Positions 1 to 9,548 of a stretch of DNA of 64,000 nt are shown in pieces. Within the stretch, counting starts at the first letter, position 1, and every line of letters starts with the position of its first letter. The translations under genes and the position numbers were made by a program. The notes below the pieces were generated by a model. The model was not told the DNA's origin. It ran no database searches and saw nothing but the letters and a program-made list of their open reading frames with translations. The DNA is taken from the NCBI GenBank assembly GCA_026417625.1, contig JAOACW010000003.1, positions 147,517-211,516 on the forward strand, read 5' to 3'. Origin of the DNA: Syntrophales bacterium. Lineage in GTDB: Bacteria > Desulfobacterota > Syntrophia > Syntrophales > UBA8958.

Positions 1-1
1 T

Positions 2-451
2 GGTATTCTAGCAGAGGAGTATGGAAGACCGGATTTCATAAGTGAGTTATTTGATTTTAATTACACGGATTACTACGAAGAGGAAATGGGGAAGGAATTG
101 AAGAGAAGGTTTGTGTCTTTTGAATCGCTAATAATGCCCGATGTTTTACCAGAGGTGAAACGGAGGATGAACGAACTGGAAGACAGATGGAGGGTTGGGG
201 AAAAGAGGCAGATAAATATAGACCCGGGGTATATCTCAGAAGGACATTTAATTCTGGCTACGGGAAAACCATATGCCCACCGGCCTTACATTGGCAAAGG
301 AGTGTGGGCAGATTTAACTCTCATATTCCAGCACGGTGAATTTCGGGGATTGCCCTGGACATACCCGGATTATGCTTCATCGACTGTACGGCGGATGCTG
401 GGGGGTATAAGGAGGAAGTATTTAGAGCAGTTGAGGTGGTTGAGGTCATGA
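2..451 (+). CDS. DUF4416 family protein, 5' end cut by window edge
   Basis: Frame is open from base 2 (GILAEEYGRPDFISELFDFNYTDYYEEEMGKEL...) upstream of the listed ATG at 86. NYTDYYEEEMG and INIDPGYI motifs fit DUF4416. Stop overlaps the next start (ATGA at 448-451). Confidence 0.6.
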   Translation, partial: GILAEEYGRPDFISELFDFNYTDYYEEEMGKELKRRFVSFESLIMPDVLPEVKRRMNELEDRWRVGEKRQINIDPGYISEGHLILATGKPYAHRPYIGKGVWADLTLIFQHGEFRGLPWTYPDYASSTVRRMLGGIRRKYLEQLRWLRS

Positions 452-1335
452 TTGCCAGTATGACTGGTTACGGTAGGGCAGAAGGAGTGGTGAGAGGTAA
501 GAGAATTATTGTAGAGTTAAAATCACTTAATCATAGATTTCTAGAAATAGTGTTACGCCTTCCGCCTTCTCTTTCTTATTGGGAATATGAAATAAGGAAG
601 AAACTTGCAGGCGCATTTTCCCGAGGTCGCATCGAGGTGACCGTTTGGATGGATAATTTAAGTGATGGAGGGGATTTAGAGACCCTCCCTTCTGTGAATA
701 TCCAGCTTGCACGTCGGTACTTGGAACTTTTGAAATTGCTTAAAACGGAGCTAAGTCTCGGAGGCGAAGTCGATGTTTCTCTCATCGCTCTTTTTAAAGA
801 TATTTTTGTTACCCCGGGTCACATGTGCTCGAGTATGTTCGAATGGAACGATCTGGAAGGGATTTTTCAGAGTGCCATATGTGCACTTAAGGAAATGCGT
901 ATTAGGGAAGGGGAATCATTGAAGGAAGACCTCATAGGTCGTGTAAATCAGGTAAGCGAGTATTTGGATTTCATAGAAGAACGTTCACCTTGGGTTGTTC
1001 GGGAGTACCGTGAAAGGTTAATAGATCGCATAAGGGAACTTCTTGATGCAAAAGACGTTGATGAAAATAGAATCTATCAGGAAGTTGCCTTTTTTGCCGA
1101 GAGATGTGATGTTACAGAAGAAATTGTCCGTCTTCGAAGTCACATAGATCAATTCCACAAATTGCTTGCAGATGGTGGGGTCATTGGTAGAAAGATAGAC
1201 TTTTTACTACAGGAAATGAACAGGGAAATTAATACTGTTGGTTCTAAAAGCAATGATATAACGATAACTAAGTACGTGATTGATGTTAAGAACGAGATTG
1301 CAAAGATAAGGGAGCAAGCGCAGAATATTGAGTGA
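448..1335 (+). CDS. yicC: YicC/YloC family stress-induced protein
   Basis: N-terminus MIASMTGYGRAEG and ELKSLNHRFLE are typical of the YicC N domain. The C-terminal DFLLQEMNREINTVGSK motif is typical of DUF1732. I prefer the ATG at 448 over the listed 436 because of family N-termini and the ATGA coupling. Confidence 0.8.
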   Translation: MIASMTGYGRAEGVVRGKRIIVELKSLNHRFLEIVLRLPPSLSYWEYEIRKKLAGAFSRGRIEVTVWMDNLSDGGDLETLPSVNIQLARRYLELLKLLKTELSLGGEVDVSLIALFKDIFVTPGHMCSSMFEWNDLEGIFQSAICALKEMRIREGESLKEDLIGRVNQVSEYLDFIEERSPWVVREYRERLIDRIRELLDAKDVDENRIYQEVAFFAERCDVTEEIVRLRSHIDQFHKLLADGGVIGRKIDFLLQEMNREINTVGSKSNDITITKYVIDVKNEIAKIREQAQNIE

Positions 1336-1988
1336 TGGAAGGTAAAAGCAGTTTGTATATAGTTGTATCGGCACCCTCGGGGACAGGGAAAACGACAATG
1401 TGTTCAGAACTTTTGAAATCATGTCCGAACCTTGTGTTTTCCGTTTCCTACACCACCAGGCCAAAAAGACCGGGGGAAATTGAAGGTAGAGACTACCACT
1501 TTGTGTCCAAAGAGGAATTCTTGGCAAAGTTGGAAAGGGGTGATTTTTTGGAGTGGGCAGAGAATTTTGGATACCTTTATGGCACGGATGAAGTAGCTAT
1601 TAAGGAAGCTCTGCTTCAAGGTAAGGATGTTCTTGTTGACGTGGATCACCGAGGTGCTAAGATTTTGAAGGAACGGTTACCTGGGGGTGTTTTTGTTTTT
1701 ATTTTGCCACCCAGTTTTGAGGAGCTTTACAAAAGGTTGGCCCGTCGGGGTTGTGAAGCAAGGGAGACTTTGGAATCACGTTTTGCTAGGGCAAGGGATG
1801 AGATAAAGGAGGTTTTCTGGTATGATTATATTATAGTTAATGATGATTTGAGCGAGGCAGTGAGGAAACTGCGGGCTATTTATTTAGCCGAGAAGTGCCG
1901 CAGGGATCGTATGATGCGATTTGTTGAGGAACTTTGGGAAAATGAGTTCATTAATAATGGGAGGTTCTATGGCAAGAATAACAATTGA
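1335..1988 (+). CDS. gmk: guanylate kinase
   Basis: P-loop [20 protein letters not shown] and Y.F motifs. Start is GTG 1332 or ATG 1335, overlapping the yicC stop. Confidence 0.9.
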   Translation: MEGKSSLYIVVSAPSGTGKTTMCSELLKSCPNLVFSVSYTTRPKRPGEIEGRDYHFVSKEEFLAKLERGDFLEWAENFGYLYGTDEVAIKEALLQGKDVLVDVDHRGAKILKERLPGGVFVFILPPSFEELYKRLARRGCEARETLESRFARARDEIKEVFWYDYIIVNDDLSEAVRKLRAIYLAEKCRRDRMMRFVEELWENEFINNGRFYGKNNN

Positions 1989-2244
1989 AGATGCTTTAGA
2001 GAAAGCCAAAAATCGGTTTGCCCTTGTGCATCTTACGACAAATCGGGCAAGGCAACTACTGAAGGGGGCAAAACCATTGGTTGATCCTAGGAACAACAAG
2101 GAAATAGTGGTGGCTCTGAGAGAAATTGCAGCAGGTAAGGTAACCTATGCTCGTCCTGAGTATCTTGTGGATGCCAAGGTTAACTACAGACACATTGAAG
2201 AAGATTATACAGAGTTTATAGGAGAGTATGACGAGTTGGAATGA
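1969..2244 (+). CDS. rpoZ: DNA-directed RNA polymerase subunit omega
   Basis: [30 protein letters not shown] matches the RpoZ N-terminal signature. The listed ORF start at 1921 is an upstream extension overlapping gmk. Confidence 0.85.
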   Translation: MARITIEDALEKAKNRFALVHLTTNRARQLLKGAKPLVDPRNNKEIVVALREIAAGKVTYARPEYLVDAKVNYRHIEEDYTEFIGEYDELE

Positions 2245-2259
2245 GCGTTTGCTTAAAAG

Positions 2260-3006
2260 ATGGATGAGTGGAAAATTGTGTATGGGAGGAACCCCGTAAG
2301 GGAATTGCTCATTGCTGCTCCCGAAAGGGTTTCTAAACTGATGGTTGCTTCGGGATCGAGATGGTCGTCCCTTGATGAGGTTTTAAATATTGCATTGCAA
2401 AATGGAATAAATGTTGAGTACAGTGAAAGACGCAATTTGGACAGGTTATCCCAAGGAGGTTCCCATCAGGGAATAGTTGCCTTCGTAAAAGGTTTTAAGC
2501 AGTTTTCTCTGCATGATGTGATAAGAGAGATTCACCCGAGGTTGAAGGGTAAGGTAGTAGTTGCTTTGGATGGTGTAACCGATCCCCAAAATCTGGGAGC
2601 AATTGTTAGGACGGCGCATTGCTTTGGTGTGAATGGGATTTTGATCCCAAGGCATCGTTCTGTTTCTGTAACCCCAGTGGTGGTTAAGACCTCTGCTGGT
2701 GCGATTAATTACACACCAGTTATTACAGTGACCAATCTGGCCAGTGCGATTGATTTTTTGAAGAAAGAAGGTTTCTGGGTTTACGGGGCAGAGGCAGATG
2801 CACCGTGGGAAATTGATGCGTTGCGATTTGATGGAGACGTGGCCCTTGTAGTGGGGGGGGAAGAGAAAGGGATACGGCCTCTCATCAGGGAAAAATGTGA
2901 TTTTCTTTTTGCAATACCCATGGTAGGGAAAATAAATTCTTTAAACGTTTCAGTTGCGACTGGGGTTGCCCTTTATACAATTTTTTCCAAATTGAGGAAG
3001 AGTTAA
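2260..3006 (+). CDS. rlmB: 23S rRNA 2'-O-ribose methyltransferase, RlmB/TrmH (SpoU) family
   Basis: YGRNPVRELL substrate-binding N domain. SpoU motifs LDGVTDPQNLGAIVRTA, VVGGEEKGIR and SLNVSVATGVALY. Confidence 0.8.
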   Translation: MDEWKIVYGRNPVRELLIAAPERVSKLMVASGSRWSSLDEVLNIALQNGINVEYSERRNLDRLSQGGSHQGIVAFVKGFKQFSLHDVIREIHPRLKGKVVVALDGVTDPQNLGAIVRTAHCFGVNGILIPRHRSVSVTPVVVKTSAGAINYTPVITVTNLASAIDFLKKEGFWVYGAEADAPWEIDALRFDGDVALVVGGEEKGIRPLIREKCDFLFAIPMVGKINSLNVSVATGVALYTIFSKLRKS

Positions 3007-3008
3007 GT

Positions 3009-4220
3009 ATGCCTGTGTTTGTGTGGGAGGCGACAAATAGAAAGGGAGAGATAAAAAGAGGCGAACTTGAAGGTCCCGATGAAGCGGCGGTCAGGAATCT
3101 TCTCAGGCGCCAGGGGTTTCGGTCTATAGAGGTAAAGGCTAAGCCGAAAGATATTTCTGAGTATATTCCTTTTTTAAAACCGAAGGTCAAGGAAAAGGAA
3201 ATTGTTGTTTTCGCGAGGATTTTTTCTACAATGATAAACGCCGGACTTCCTCTTATACAGTGTTTGGATCTACTTGCGCAGCAGGAGAAAAACAGGACGT
3301 TTAAGCAGGTGATCCTCACAGTGAAGGCGGATATTGAAGGCGGGATGACTTTATGTGAAGCCCTGAAAAAACATCCCAAGGTTTTCGATGAGCTTTTTGT
3401 GAATCTGGTAGCAGCTGGTGAAAGTGGTGGTATATTAGATGTGATTCTCCAGCGTCTCTCTAATTATATGGAAAAGGCTCTTAAACTGAAAAGCAAGGTA
3501 AAAGGAGCAATGACATACCCCATCAGTGTGCTTGTGATCTCTTTGGGTGTTGTGGCACTACTTCTTCTTAAGGTGATTCCTGTTTTTCAAAAGATGTTTG
3601 AGGGTATGGGTGGAGAGTTACCCGCACCAACGCAGTTTCTTGTTAACGCTAGTGCATTTACCCAGAAATACTTCCTTGTGATGGTCGGAATTGTGGTGGC
3701 GTGTAGTTATGCATTTAAACGCTTCCGATCCACCGAAAAAGGTAGGTTATTGATCGATAGTATGTTACTGAAGGCCCCCGTATTTGGTCCACTTCTAGGT
3801 AAGGTAGCAGTGGCAAAGTTCTCCAGAACTATGTCAACAATGCTGTCCAGCGGGGTTCCCATTCTGGAAGGTCTTAGCATTGTGAGCAAAACAGCAGGCA
3901 ATGTGGTTGTAGAAAAGGCACTTATGGAAACAAGAAAGAGAATTTCCGAGGGGAAGAGCATTGCGGAACCATTAGCAGAAACTGGAATCTTTCCACCCAT
4001 GGTGATTCAGATGATCTCTGTAGGAGAGGCTACAGGTGCTCTGGATACAATGTTGGCAAAGATCGCTGATTTTTACGACGATGAGGTGGATGCTGCTGTA
4101 GAGGCGATGACGTCTCTACTCGAACCGTTGATGATGGTTTTTCTTGGGGGTGTCGTTGGAGGCATGATAATTGCTATGTACCTGCCCATTTTCAAGATGG
4201 CCTCTGTTGTTGGGGGTTAA
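3009..4220 (+). CDS. pilC: type IV pilus assembly protein PilC / type II secretion platform protein F
   Basis: 403 aa with two GspF-type repeats ([15 protein letters not shown] and [19 protein letters not shown]) and three TM segments. No adjacent pilB/pilT. Confidence 0.85.
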   Translation: MPVFVWEATNRKGEIKRGELEGPDEAAVRNLLRRQGFRSIEVKAKPKDISEYIPFLKPKVKEKEIVVFARIFSTMINAGLPLIQCLDLLAQQEKNRTFKQVILTVKADIEGGMTLCEALKKHPKVFDELFVNLVAAGESGGILDVILQRLSNYMEKALKLKSKVKGAMTYPISVLVISLGVVALLLLKVIPVFQKMFEGMGGELPAPTQFLVNASAFTQKYFLVMVGIVVACSYAFKRFRSTEKGRLLIDSMLLKAPVFGPLLGKVAVAKFSRTMSTMLSSGVPILEGLSIVSKTAGNVVVEKALMETRKRISEGKSIAEPLAETGIFPPMVIQMISVGEATGALDTMLAKIADFYDDEVDAAVEAMTSLLEPLMMVFLGGVVGGMIIAMYLPIFKMASVVGG

Positions 4221-4224
4221 AAAA

Positions 4225-4301
4225 TGGTCGGGATGGCGCGATTCGAACGCGCGACCCCTGCGTCCCGAACGCAGTGCCCTACCAGACTGGGCCACATCCC
4301 G
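4225..4301 (-). tRNA. tRNA-Pro (anticodon CGG)
   Basis: Reverse complement folds as a 77-nt cloverleaf: CGGGATG TG GCCC AGTCTGGTA GGGC A CTGCG TTCGGGA CGCAG GGGTC GCGCG TTCGAAT CGCGC CATCCCG A CCA. Confidence 0.9.
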
Positions 4302-4309
4302 ATGTATTT

Positions 4310-4338
4310 AACATATAAAAAATGATTCTCGTTGTCCA
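4310..4338 (-). promoter_or_regulatory. possible sigma-70 promoter for tRNA-Pro
   Basis: Minus strand reads TGGACA-N17-TATGTT, ending about 8 nt before the tRNA 5' end. Confidence 0.3.
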
Positions 4339-4361
4339 CATTTTTTTGACGGTGTAGGGAG

Positions 4362-4778
4362 ATGATAATATACGATCTCAGTTGTGAAAAAGGTCACAAA
4401 TTTGAGGGGTGGTTTCAAAGCAGAGTGGCTTTCGAAGACCAGAAAGAAAAGAAGCTTATTTTGTGTCCTGTGTGTGGAAGTTCTGAAGTACAGGTGCTGC
4501 CTTCTGCCTTGAGGGTAATCAGCGGAGATAGAGGAAGGGATGGGAGACAAGATACAGTAGAGATTACGCCTCTGGGTTTTTTAAAGATGATCCAGGATTA
4601 TGTGGTGGAGAATTTCGAGGATGTGGGAGAAAGATTCGCTGAGGTAGCATTGAAGATACACAGAGGTGAGGAAGTGAGGAGAAATATTAGGGGTACAACA
4701 ACACCGGAGGAAGAAGAACTCCTCCGGGAGGAGGAAGTTCCCTTTTTGAAAATACCTATAATCAAGTTCCATAGCTAA
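4362..4778 (+). CDS. DUF1178 family zinc-ribbon protein
   Basis: MIIYDLSCEKGHKFEGWFQS ... CPVCGS is the DUF1178 N-terminal signature. Confidence 0.6.
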   Translation: MIIYDLSCEKGHKFEGWFQSRVAFEDQKEKKLILCPVCGSSEVQVLPSALRVISGDRGRDGRQDTVEITPLGFLKMIQDYVVENFEDVGERFAEVALKIHRGEEVRRNIRGTTTPEEEELLREEEVPFLKIPIIKFHS

Positions 4779-4802
4779 GACAGATCTGCAGGAGCTAGCC
4801 TT

Positions 4803-7112
4803 TTGCCAGTAATGTTAGGGAGTATACTGGAAACTATTGGAAATACCCCTCTTGTGGAAATCCGCAGGTTGAATCCTAATCCCCGGGTTAGGATCTTTGC
4901 GAAGCTTGAGTATTTTAACCCTGGGGGATCTATAAAGGATAGGCCAGCGTACGCGATGATCAAGGGTGCCGAGGAGAGAGGGGAATTGACAAGAGGGAAA
5001 ATAATTCTGGAAGCCACAAGTGGGAATACAGGTATAGGATTGGCCCTTGTAGCGGCAGCTAAGGGTTACCGTCTGTGTTTGGTGATGTCTGAGGCGGTGA
5101 GTGAGGAGCGAAAGAAGATACTGAAGGCTATGGGTGCGGAGCTCATATTTACTCCTGCCGCGCTGGGTACAGATGGTGCGATAGAGTACGTTTACAACAT
5201 GTTAAGAGAGAATCCCGATCGCTATTTCTGCCCTGATCAGTTCAACAATCCCGATAATGTGTTAGCCCATTACCATGGGACAGCGGAGGAGATTTGGCGT
5301 CAGACAGGTGGTAAAGTTTCTATGGTTGTTGTGGGTTTAGGAACAACGGGCACAGCCATGGGGGTTTCTAAGAAGTTAAAGGAGTATAATCCCTCTATTC
5401 GTATTGTGGGAGTGGAACCGTATTTACAGCACAAGATTCAGGGATTGAAGAATATGAAGGAGTCTTATAGGCCGGGCATTTTCGAGAAAGACCGCTTGGA
5501 TGAGAAGGTGAATGTTCTTGATGATGATGCTTTTGAGATGGCAAGAAAACTAGCACGGGAAGAGGGTCTATTTGTTGGTATGAGTTCTGGTGCTGCGATG
5601 TACGTGGCTGTAGAAAAGGCAAAAGAACTGAGTGACGGATTGATAGTGGTTATATGCCCAGATGGGGGAGAACGGTATCTCAGTACTGAGTTGTTTACAG
5701 ACAAACAGGAAACCACCATTAAGTTGTACAACAGCCTAACAAGATCCAAAGAGTATTTTAGACCACTCAAACCGGATGTAGTACTTATACATACGTGTGG
5801 GCCAACGGTTCATGAGATTCCCCATATAGGTAGTCTTAGGCGATTTGTAGTGTCTGATTTATTGAGGCGGTATCTGGAAGTTAAAGGTTACCGGGTGAGG
5901 AATTTAACAAATGTGGTGGATCTTGCTGATCGTTCCATTCAAGGAGCAGAACAGAGGGGAATGGATCTCAATTCTTATTCTAACTGGGGCACACAAATCT
6001 TTTTGGAGTCTCTCAGAAAATTACAGGTATTAACCGATGGCGAATATCCAAGATCTCTCGAAAATGTTGAGCGAATGGTAAAGATAGTTGAGAGGTTGAT
6101 AGATAGAGGTTACGCCTATGAGAAATTGAGGTCTGTTTACTTTGATGTATCTAAGCTTGATGGTTATGGATGTTTGTCTCACGTGGATTTGAAGAGAGTC
6201 GATTACGGTCGTACTGTGGATCTTGACGACTATGAGAAGGACAGTCCTGGTGATTTCACGCTTTTTAAAAGGGCGACCCTTAATGAGTTAAAGAAGGGAT
6301 ACTACTTCGCTACCCCTTGGGGGAATGTAAGACCCAGCTGGCACTTACAGTGTGCAGCTTTAGGACTTACATGTCTGGGCGAGGAATACGATATTCATGC
6401 CAGTGGTACTGATGTTCTTTTCCCTCATTGTGAGAATGTTTTGGCGATCGGCAAAGGATTGACGGGTAAACGCATGGCACGATATTGGTTATTAACCGAA
6501 CTTGTCATGGTCGGAGGAAAAAAGATGTCCCGTTCTGCAGGTAATGCCGTTACCATAGATGATCTTGAAAAGTATGGATACAAAGGCAGGGAAATCAGGT
6601 TTTTTTTGATAGGCGCTCATTACAGAAAACCCCTAAACTTCTCCTTTGGAGCTCTGGATACGGCAAAAAATACTGTGCGTAGATTAGATTCTTTTATACA
6701 GCGTTTGATCCGGCACAAAGGGGGTGATGAGGACCCAGAAGTGGAACAATACATATACGATGTGCGTCAGAGTTTTTTTGCAGCATTGGATGACGATCTT
6801 AATGTTGCCATGGCGTTTGCAGCACTTTTTGATTTTGTTAGGAAAGTAAGTAAACTTATGGCGCAGAATCGATTGGGTCAGCGCGCCCGTGATCGCGTAC
6901 TTGATGTGATGATGCTTCTTGATAGAGTTCTTGGAATCATGAATTTTAAAGAAGTTATGATAAGTGATGAGGCAAGAAGACTTATCGAAGAACGAGAGTC
7001 ATTGCGGAAGGCTGGTAATTGGAAAGAAGCGGATGAGATTCGAGAGAGATTGAGAAGTATGGGAATTGAGTTAGCGGATACCCCAGAAGGAACATTATGG
7101 TGGTTGGGTTAA
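4803..7112 (+). CDS. fusion protein: cysteine synthase (CysK/CysM-type PLP enzyme) plus cysteinyl-tRNA synthetase-like domain
   Basis: Residues 1-300 carry GGSIKDR (PLP lysine), TSGNTG, GTTGT, MSSGAA and GERYLST.LF. From about residue 305, IKLYNSLTRSKEYF, CGPTVHEIPHIGS, SWHLQCA, FPHCEN, KMSRS, DDDLNVAMAFAALF and a C-terminal W.EAD.IR..L...GI...DT..G..W resemble full-length CysRS. No stop or start codon at the junction (about 5700-5720). Confidence 0.8.
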   Translation: MPVMLGSILETIGNTPLVEIRRLNPNPRVRIFAKLEYFNPGGSIKDRPAYAMIKGAEERGELTRGKIILEATSGNTGIGLALVAAAKGYRLCLVMSEAVSEERKKILKAMGAELIFTPAALGTDGAIEYVYNMLRENPDRYFCPDQFNNPDNVLAHYHGTAEEIWRQTGGKVSMVVVGLGTTGTAMGVSKKLKEYNPSIRIVGVEPYLQHKIQGLKNMKESYRPGIFEKDRLDEKVNVLDDDAFEMARKLAREEGLFVGMSSGAAMYVAVEKAKELSDGLIVVICPDGGERYLSTELFTDKQETTIKLYNSLTRSKEYFRPLKPDVVLIHTCGPTVHEIPHIGSLRRFVVSDLLRRYLEVKGYRVRNLTNVVDLADRSIQGAEQRGMDLNSYSNWGTQIFLESLRKLQVLTDGEYPRSLENVERMVKIVERLIDRGYAYEKLRSVYFDVSKLDGYGCLSHVDLKRVDYGRTVDLDDYEKDSPGDFTLFKRATLNELKKGYYFATPWGNVRPSWHLQCAALGLTCLGEEYDIHASGTDVLFPHCENVLAIGKGLTGKRMARYWLLTELVMVGGKKMSRSAGNAVTIDDLEKYGYKGREIRFFLIGAHYRKPLNFSFGALDTAKNTVRRLDSFIQRLIRHKGGDEDPEVEQYIYDVRQSFFAALDDDLNVAMAFAALFDFVRKVSKLMAQNRLGQRARDRVLDVMMLLDRVLGIMNFKEVMISDEARRLIEERESLRKAGNWKEADEIRERLRSMGIELADTPEGTLWWLG

Positions 7113-7124
7113 AGGGGTTTCACA

Positions 7125-7946
7125 ATGATAAGAAAGGCTATTTATGCCGGTACGTGGTATCCAGGAAACGAGGAAAGGCTAAGGATAAGCATAGAGAAAT
7201 ACCTTGCGGCCGTTCCGTTGCAGAAATTGCCAGGGATAACTAAAGGCATTTTGGTACCTCATGCGGGATATACCTATTCGGGACAGGTAGCGGCGTACGG
7301 TTACGCTGTGGTCAGGTATTTCTCGTATGACGCCATTATAGTCATTGCACCGAGCCATTATGCTTTTTTTCATAATGTCTCAGTTTTTACCAATGGAGCT
7401 TACGAGACACCCTTGGGACTTCTCCCCGTTGATGAGGAATTGGCGGAGAGATTAATTGTTGAAGGAAAGTGCTGTGTTTCTCTGCCTGAGATTCATGAAA
7501 GAGAACATGCGATTGAGGTTCAGGTTCCATTTCTACAGCTTGTGTTTAAGGGTACTCCCTTTGTGCCTCTGATTATGGGTGATCAATCGGAAGAGCTGTG
7601 TAAGGAGCTTGCCGAGACAATATACAGGGCAATTTCCGTTTCAGGAAAAAAAGTACTGATCGTTGCTAGTTCTGATCTATCGCATTTTTACGGTTACGAT
7701 AGGGCGGTTAAGATGGACGGAGCACTGCTCAAGTATATTTCAGAAATGGATGATAAGGGTTTATTGGAGGCGCTCGCAAGAGGTACGGTAGAGGCATGTG
7801 GTGGTGGACCTATTGCGACACTGATTAAAGTGTGCAAATTTTGTGGTTCAAAAAAGGCAAGCATTTTAAAATATGCCAATTCTGGAGATGTAACGGGTGA
7901 TAGAGGGGAAGTAGTTGGTTATGCAGCGGCAGCTTTCTATGTGTGA
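7125..7946 (+). CDS. AmmeMemoRadiSam system protein B (Memo-like)
   Basis: YAGTWYPG, VPHAGYTYSG, APSH and SSDLSH motifs of the Memo/AmmeMemoRadiSam-B family. Lies 12 nt after the fusion gene. Confidence 0.8.
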   Translation: MIRKAIYAGTWYPGNEERLRISIEKYLAAVPLQKLPGITKGILVPHAGYTYSGQVAAYGYAVVRYFSYDAIIVIAPSHYAFFHNVSVFTNGAYETPLGLLPVDEELAERLIVEGKCCVSLPEIHEREHAIEVQVPFLQLVFKGTPFVPLIMGDQSEELCKELAETIYRAISVSGKKVLIVASSDLSHFYGYDRAVKMDGALLKYISEMDDKGLLEALARGTVEACGGGPIATLIKVCKFCGSKKASILKYANSGDVTGDRGEVVGYAAAAFYV

Positions 7947-7968
7947 CGAAGCAATTTTGAAAATTTTC

Positions 7969-7997
7969 TTGACATATTGAAAATAAAAAAATAGTAT
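7969..7997 (+). promoter_or_regulatory. sigma-70-type promoter for the tRNA cluster
   Basis: TTGACA (7969-7974), 17-nt A/T-rich spacer, TAGTAT (7992-7997), about 45 nt upstream of the first tRNA. Confidence 0.6.
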
Positions 7998-8043
7998 TTT
8001 AGTTTCATAATAGCAAAGTGAGTTCTTTGAAAGTGACATACTG

Positions 8044-8119
8044 GCTGGCGTAGCTCAATGGGTAGAGCAGCTGATTTGTAATCAGCAGGTTGCGGGTTCG
8101 AGTCCCATCGCCAGCTCCA
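8044..8119 (+). tRNA. tRNA-Thr (anticodon TGT)
   Basis: 76-nt cloverleaf GCTGGCG..GCTGA TTTGTAA TCAGC..CGCCAGC T CCA. One C-A mismatch in the T stem. Confidence 0.85.
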
Positions 8120-8133
8120 CTTTAGGTGATTCT

Positions 8134-8215
<82 letters not shown>

Positions 8216-8268
8216 TAAAGTTAATATTGAGGTAACAGGGGGGTGGGTTGGGACCTTGTGAGTTGAGA

Positions 8269-8344
8269 GCGGGAGTAGCTCAGTGGCTAGAGCATCAGCC
8301 TTCCAAGCTGAGGGTCGCGGGTTCGAATCCCGTTTCCCGCTCCA
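8269..8344 (+). tRNA. tRNA-Gly (anticodon TCC)
   Basis: 76-nt cloverleaf GCGGGAG..TCAGC CTTCCAA GCTGA..TTCCCGC T CCA. Confidence 0.9.
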
Positions 8345-8380
8345 CTGTTTGACATATAGTCAGATCTTGGTTGGTATATA

Positions 8381-8456
8381 GCCCACGTAGCTCAGTAGGT
8401 AGAGCACATCCTTGGTAAGGATGAGGTCGCCAGTTCAATCCTGGTCGTGGGCTCCA
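8381..8456 (+). tRNA. tRNA-Thr (anticodon GGT)
   Basis: 76-nt cloverleaf GCCCACG..CATCC TTGGTAA GGATG..CGTGGGC T CCA. Confidence 0.9.
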
Positions 8457-8476
8457 TGCGAGAGGGGAGTTAAAAT

Positions 8477-8626
8477 ATGCGGATTATAATAACACTTGCG
8501 TGTACACAGTGTAAACAGAGAAATTATACGACTACGAAGAACAAAAGGACGATGCAGAATCGTCTCGAACTCAAGAAATATTGTAAGTTTTGCCGTTCTC
8601 ATACACTTCATAGAGAAACGAAGTGA
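8477..8626 (+). CDS. rpmG: 50S ribosomal protein bL33, Zn-ribbon (C+) form
   Basis: Not in the ORF track (49 aa). Hand translation is [58 protein letters not shown] at 8464-8469. Confidence 0.9.
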   Translation: MRIIITLACTQCKQRNYTTTKNKRTMQNRLELKKYCKFCRSHTLHRETK

Positions 8627-8654
8627 TTATGTTACTAGGTGGCTTACAGCATGC

Positions 8655-8731
8655 AGGCCAGTAGCTCTAACGGATAGAGCGCCGGACTCCAAATCCGGAT
8701 GCTGGGGGTTCGAATCCCTCCTGGCCTGCCA
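8655..8731 (+). tRNA. tRNA-Trp (anticodon CCA)
   Basis: 77-nt cloverleaf AGGCCAG..CCGGA CTCCAAA TCCGG..CTGGCCT G CCA. Confidence 0.9.
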
Positions 8732-8781
8732 TAAATTTAAGCTGACTCTTCAGGATCAAGGGTAAAAGCAGAAAGAGTTTT

Positions 8782-8985
8782 ATGGATAAAGTTAAGGCAT
8801 GGCTAATAAAGGCGAAGGTTTTTTTGCAAGAGGCGAGGGCTGAGCTTAGAAAGGTTACGTGGCCTACGCCAAAACAGGCGTTTACGTCCACAGCTGTGGT
8901 CATTATATTTGTTTTTATAGTGTCTACGTTTCTGGGCTTTGTGGATTTCTGGTTGACGAAACTCGTTAAACTGATCTTGGGTTAG
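8782..8985 (+). CDS. secE: preprotein translocase subunit SecE
   Basis: 67 aa with the ELRKVTWPT motif followed by a single TM helix. Conserved position before nusG. Confidence 0.85.
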   Translation: MDKVKAWLIKAKVFLQEARAELRKVTWPTPKQAFTSTAVVIIFVFIVSTFLGFVDFWLTKLVKLILG

Positions 8986-8991
8986 GATGTC

Positions 8992-9522
8992 ATGGCACAT
9001 CGGTGGTATGTCGTACATACTTATTCGGGTTATGAGAATAAAGTAAAGATCTCGCTTCAGGAGCGCATTCAGGCGGCGGGAAAACAGGAGTATTTTTCCG
9101 ATATGTTGATTCCAGAAGAAAATGTGGTGGAACTTGTAAGTGGTGAGAAGAAAACCACTAAGCGTAAGTTCTTTCCCGGTTACATTCTCGTTAGGATGGA
9201 GCTAAATGAGGAAACGTGGCACCTTGTAAAGAATACTCCTAAGGTGACAGGTTTTGTTGGTGGTAGGGATAAACCCCTGACCATTCCCGACAAAGATGTA
9301 GAAATGTTAAAGACTCGTATAAGCGAGGGGACGCTCAAACCGAAGCCAAAGCATAAGTTTGATGTGGGTGATCATGTGCGGATAATAGATGGACCATTTA
9401 CGAATTTTGAGGGTGTGGTGGACGAAGTAAAACCTGAAAAGGGTAAAGTCCGGGTGATCGTGAGTATATTTGGGCGTTCGACCCCTGTGGAGCTTGATTT
9501 TATTCAGGTTGTGCAGAGCTAA
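8992..9522 (+). CDS. nusG: transcription termination/antitermination factor NusG
   Basis: [17 protein letters not shown] domain, FPGYILV, and C-terminal KOW ([14 protein letters not shown]). Confidence 0.95.
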   Translation: MAHRWYVVHTYSGYENKVKISLQERIQAAGKQEYFSDMLIPEENVVELVSGEKKTTKRKFFPGYILVRMELNEETWHLVKNTPKVTGFVGGRDKPLTIPDKDVEMLKTRISEGTLKPKPKHKFDVGDHVRIIDGPFTNFEGVVDEVKPEKGKVRVIVSIFGRSTPVELDFIQVVQS

Positions 9523-9548
9523 AAAACTGTAAGGAGTTATTTGATTGT

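Noticed and set aside
8496-8765. 89-aa plus-strand ORF
   Set aside because: It overlaps rpmG out of frame and runs through tRNA-Trp. The real features explain the region.
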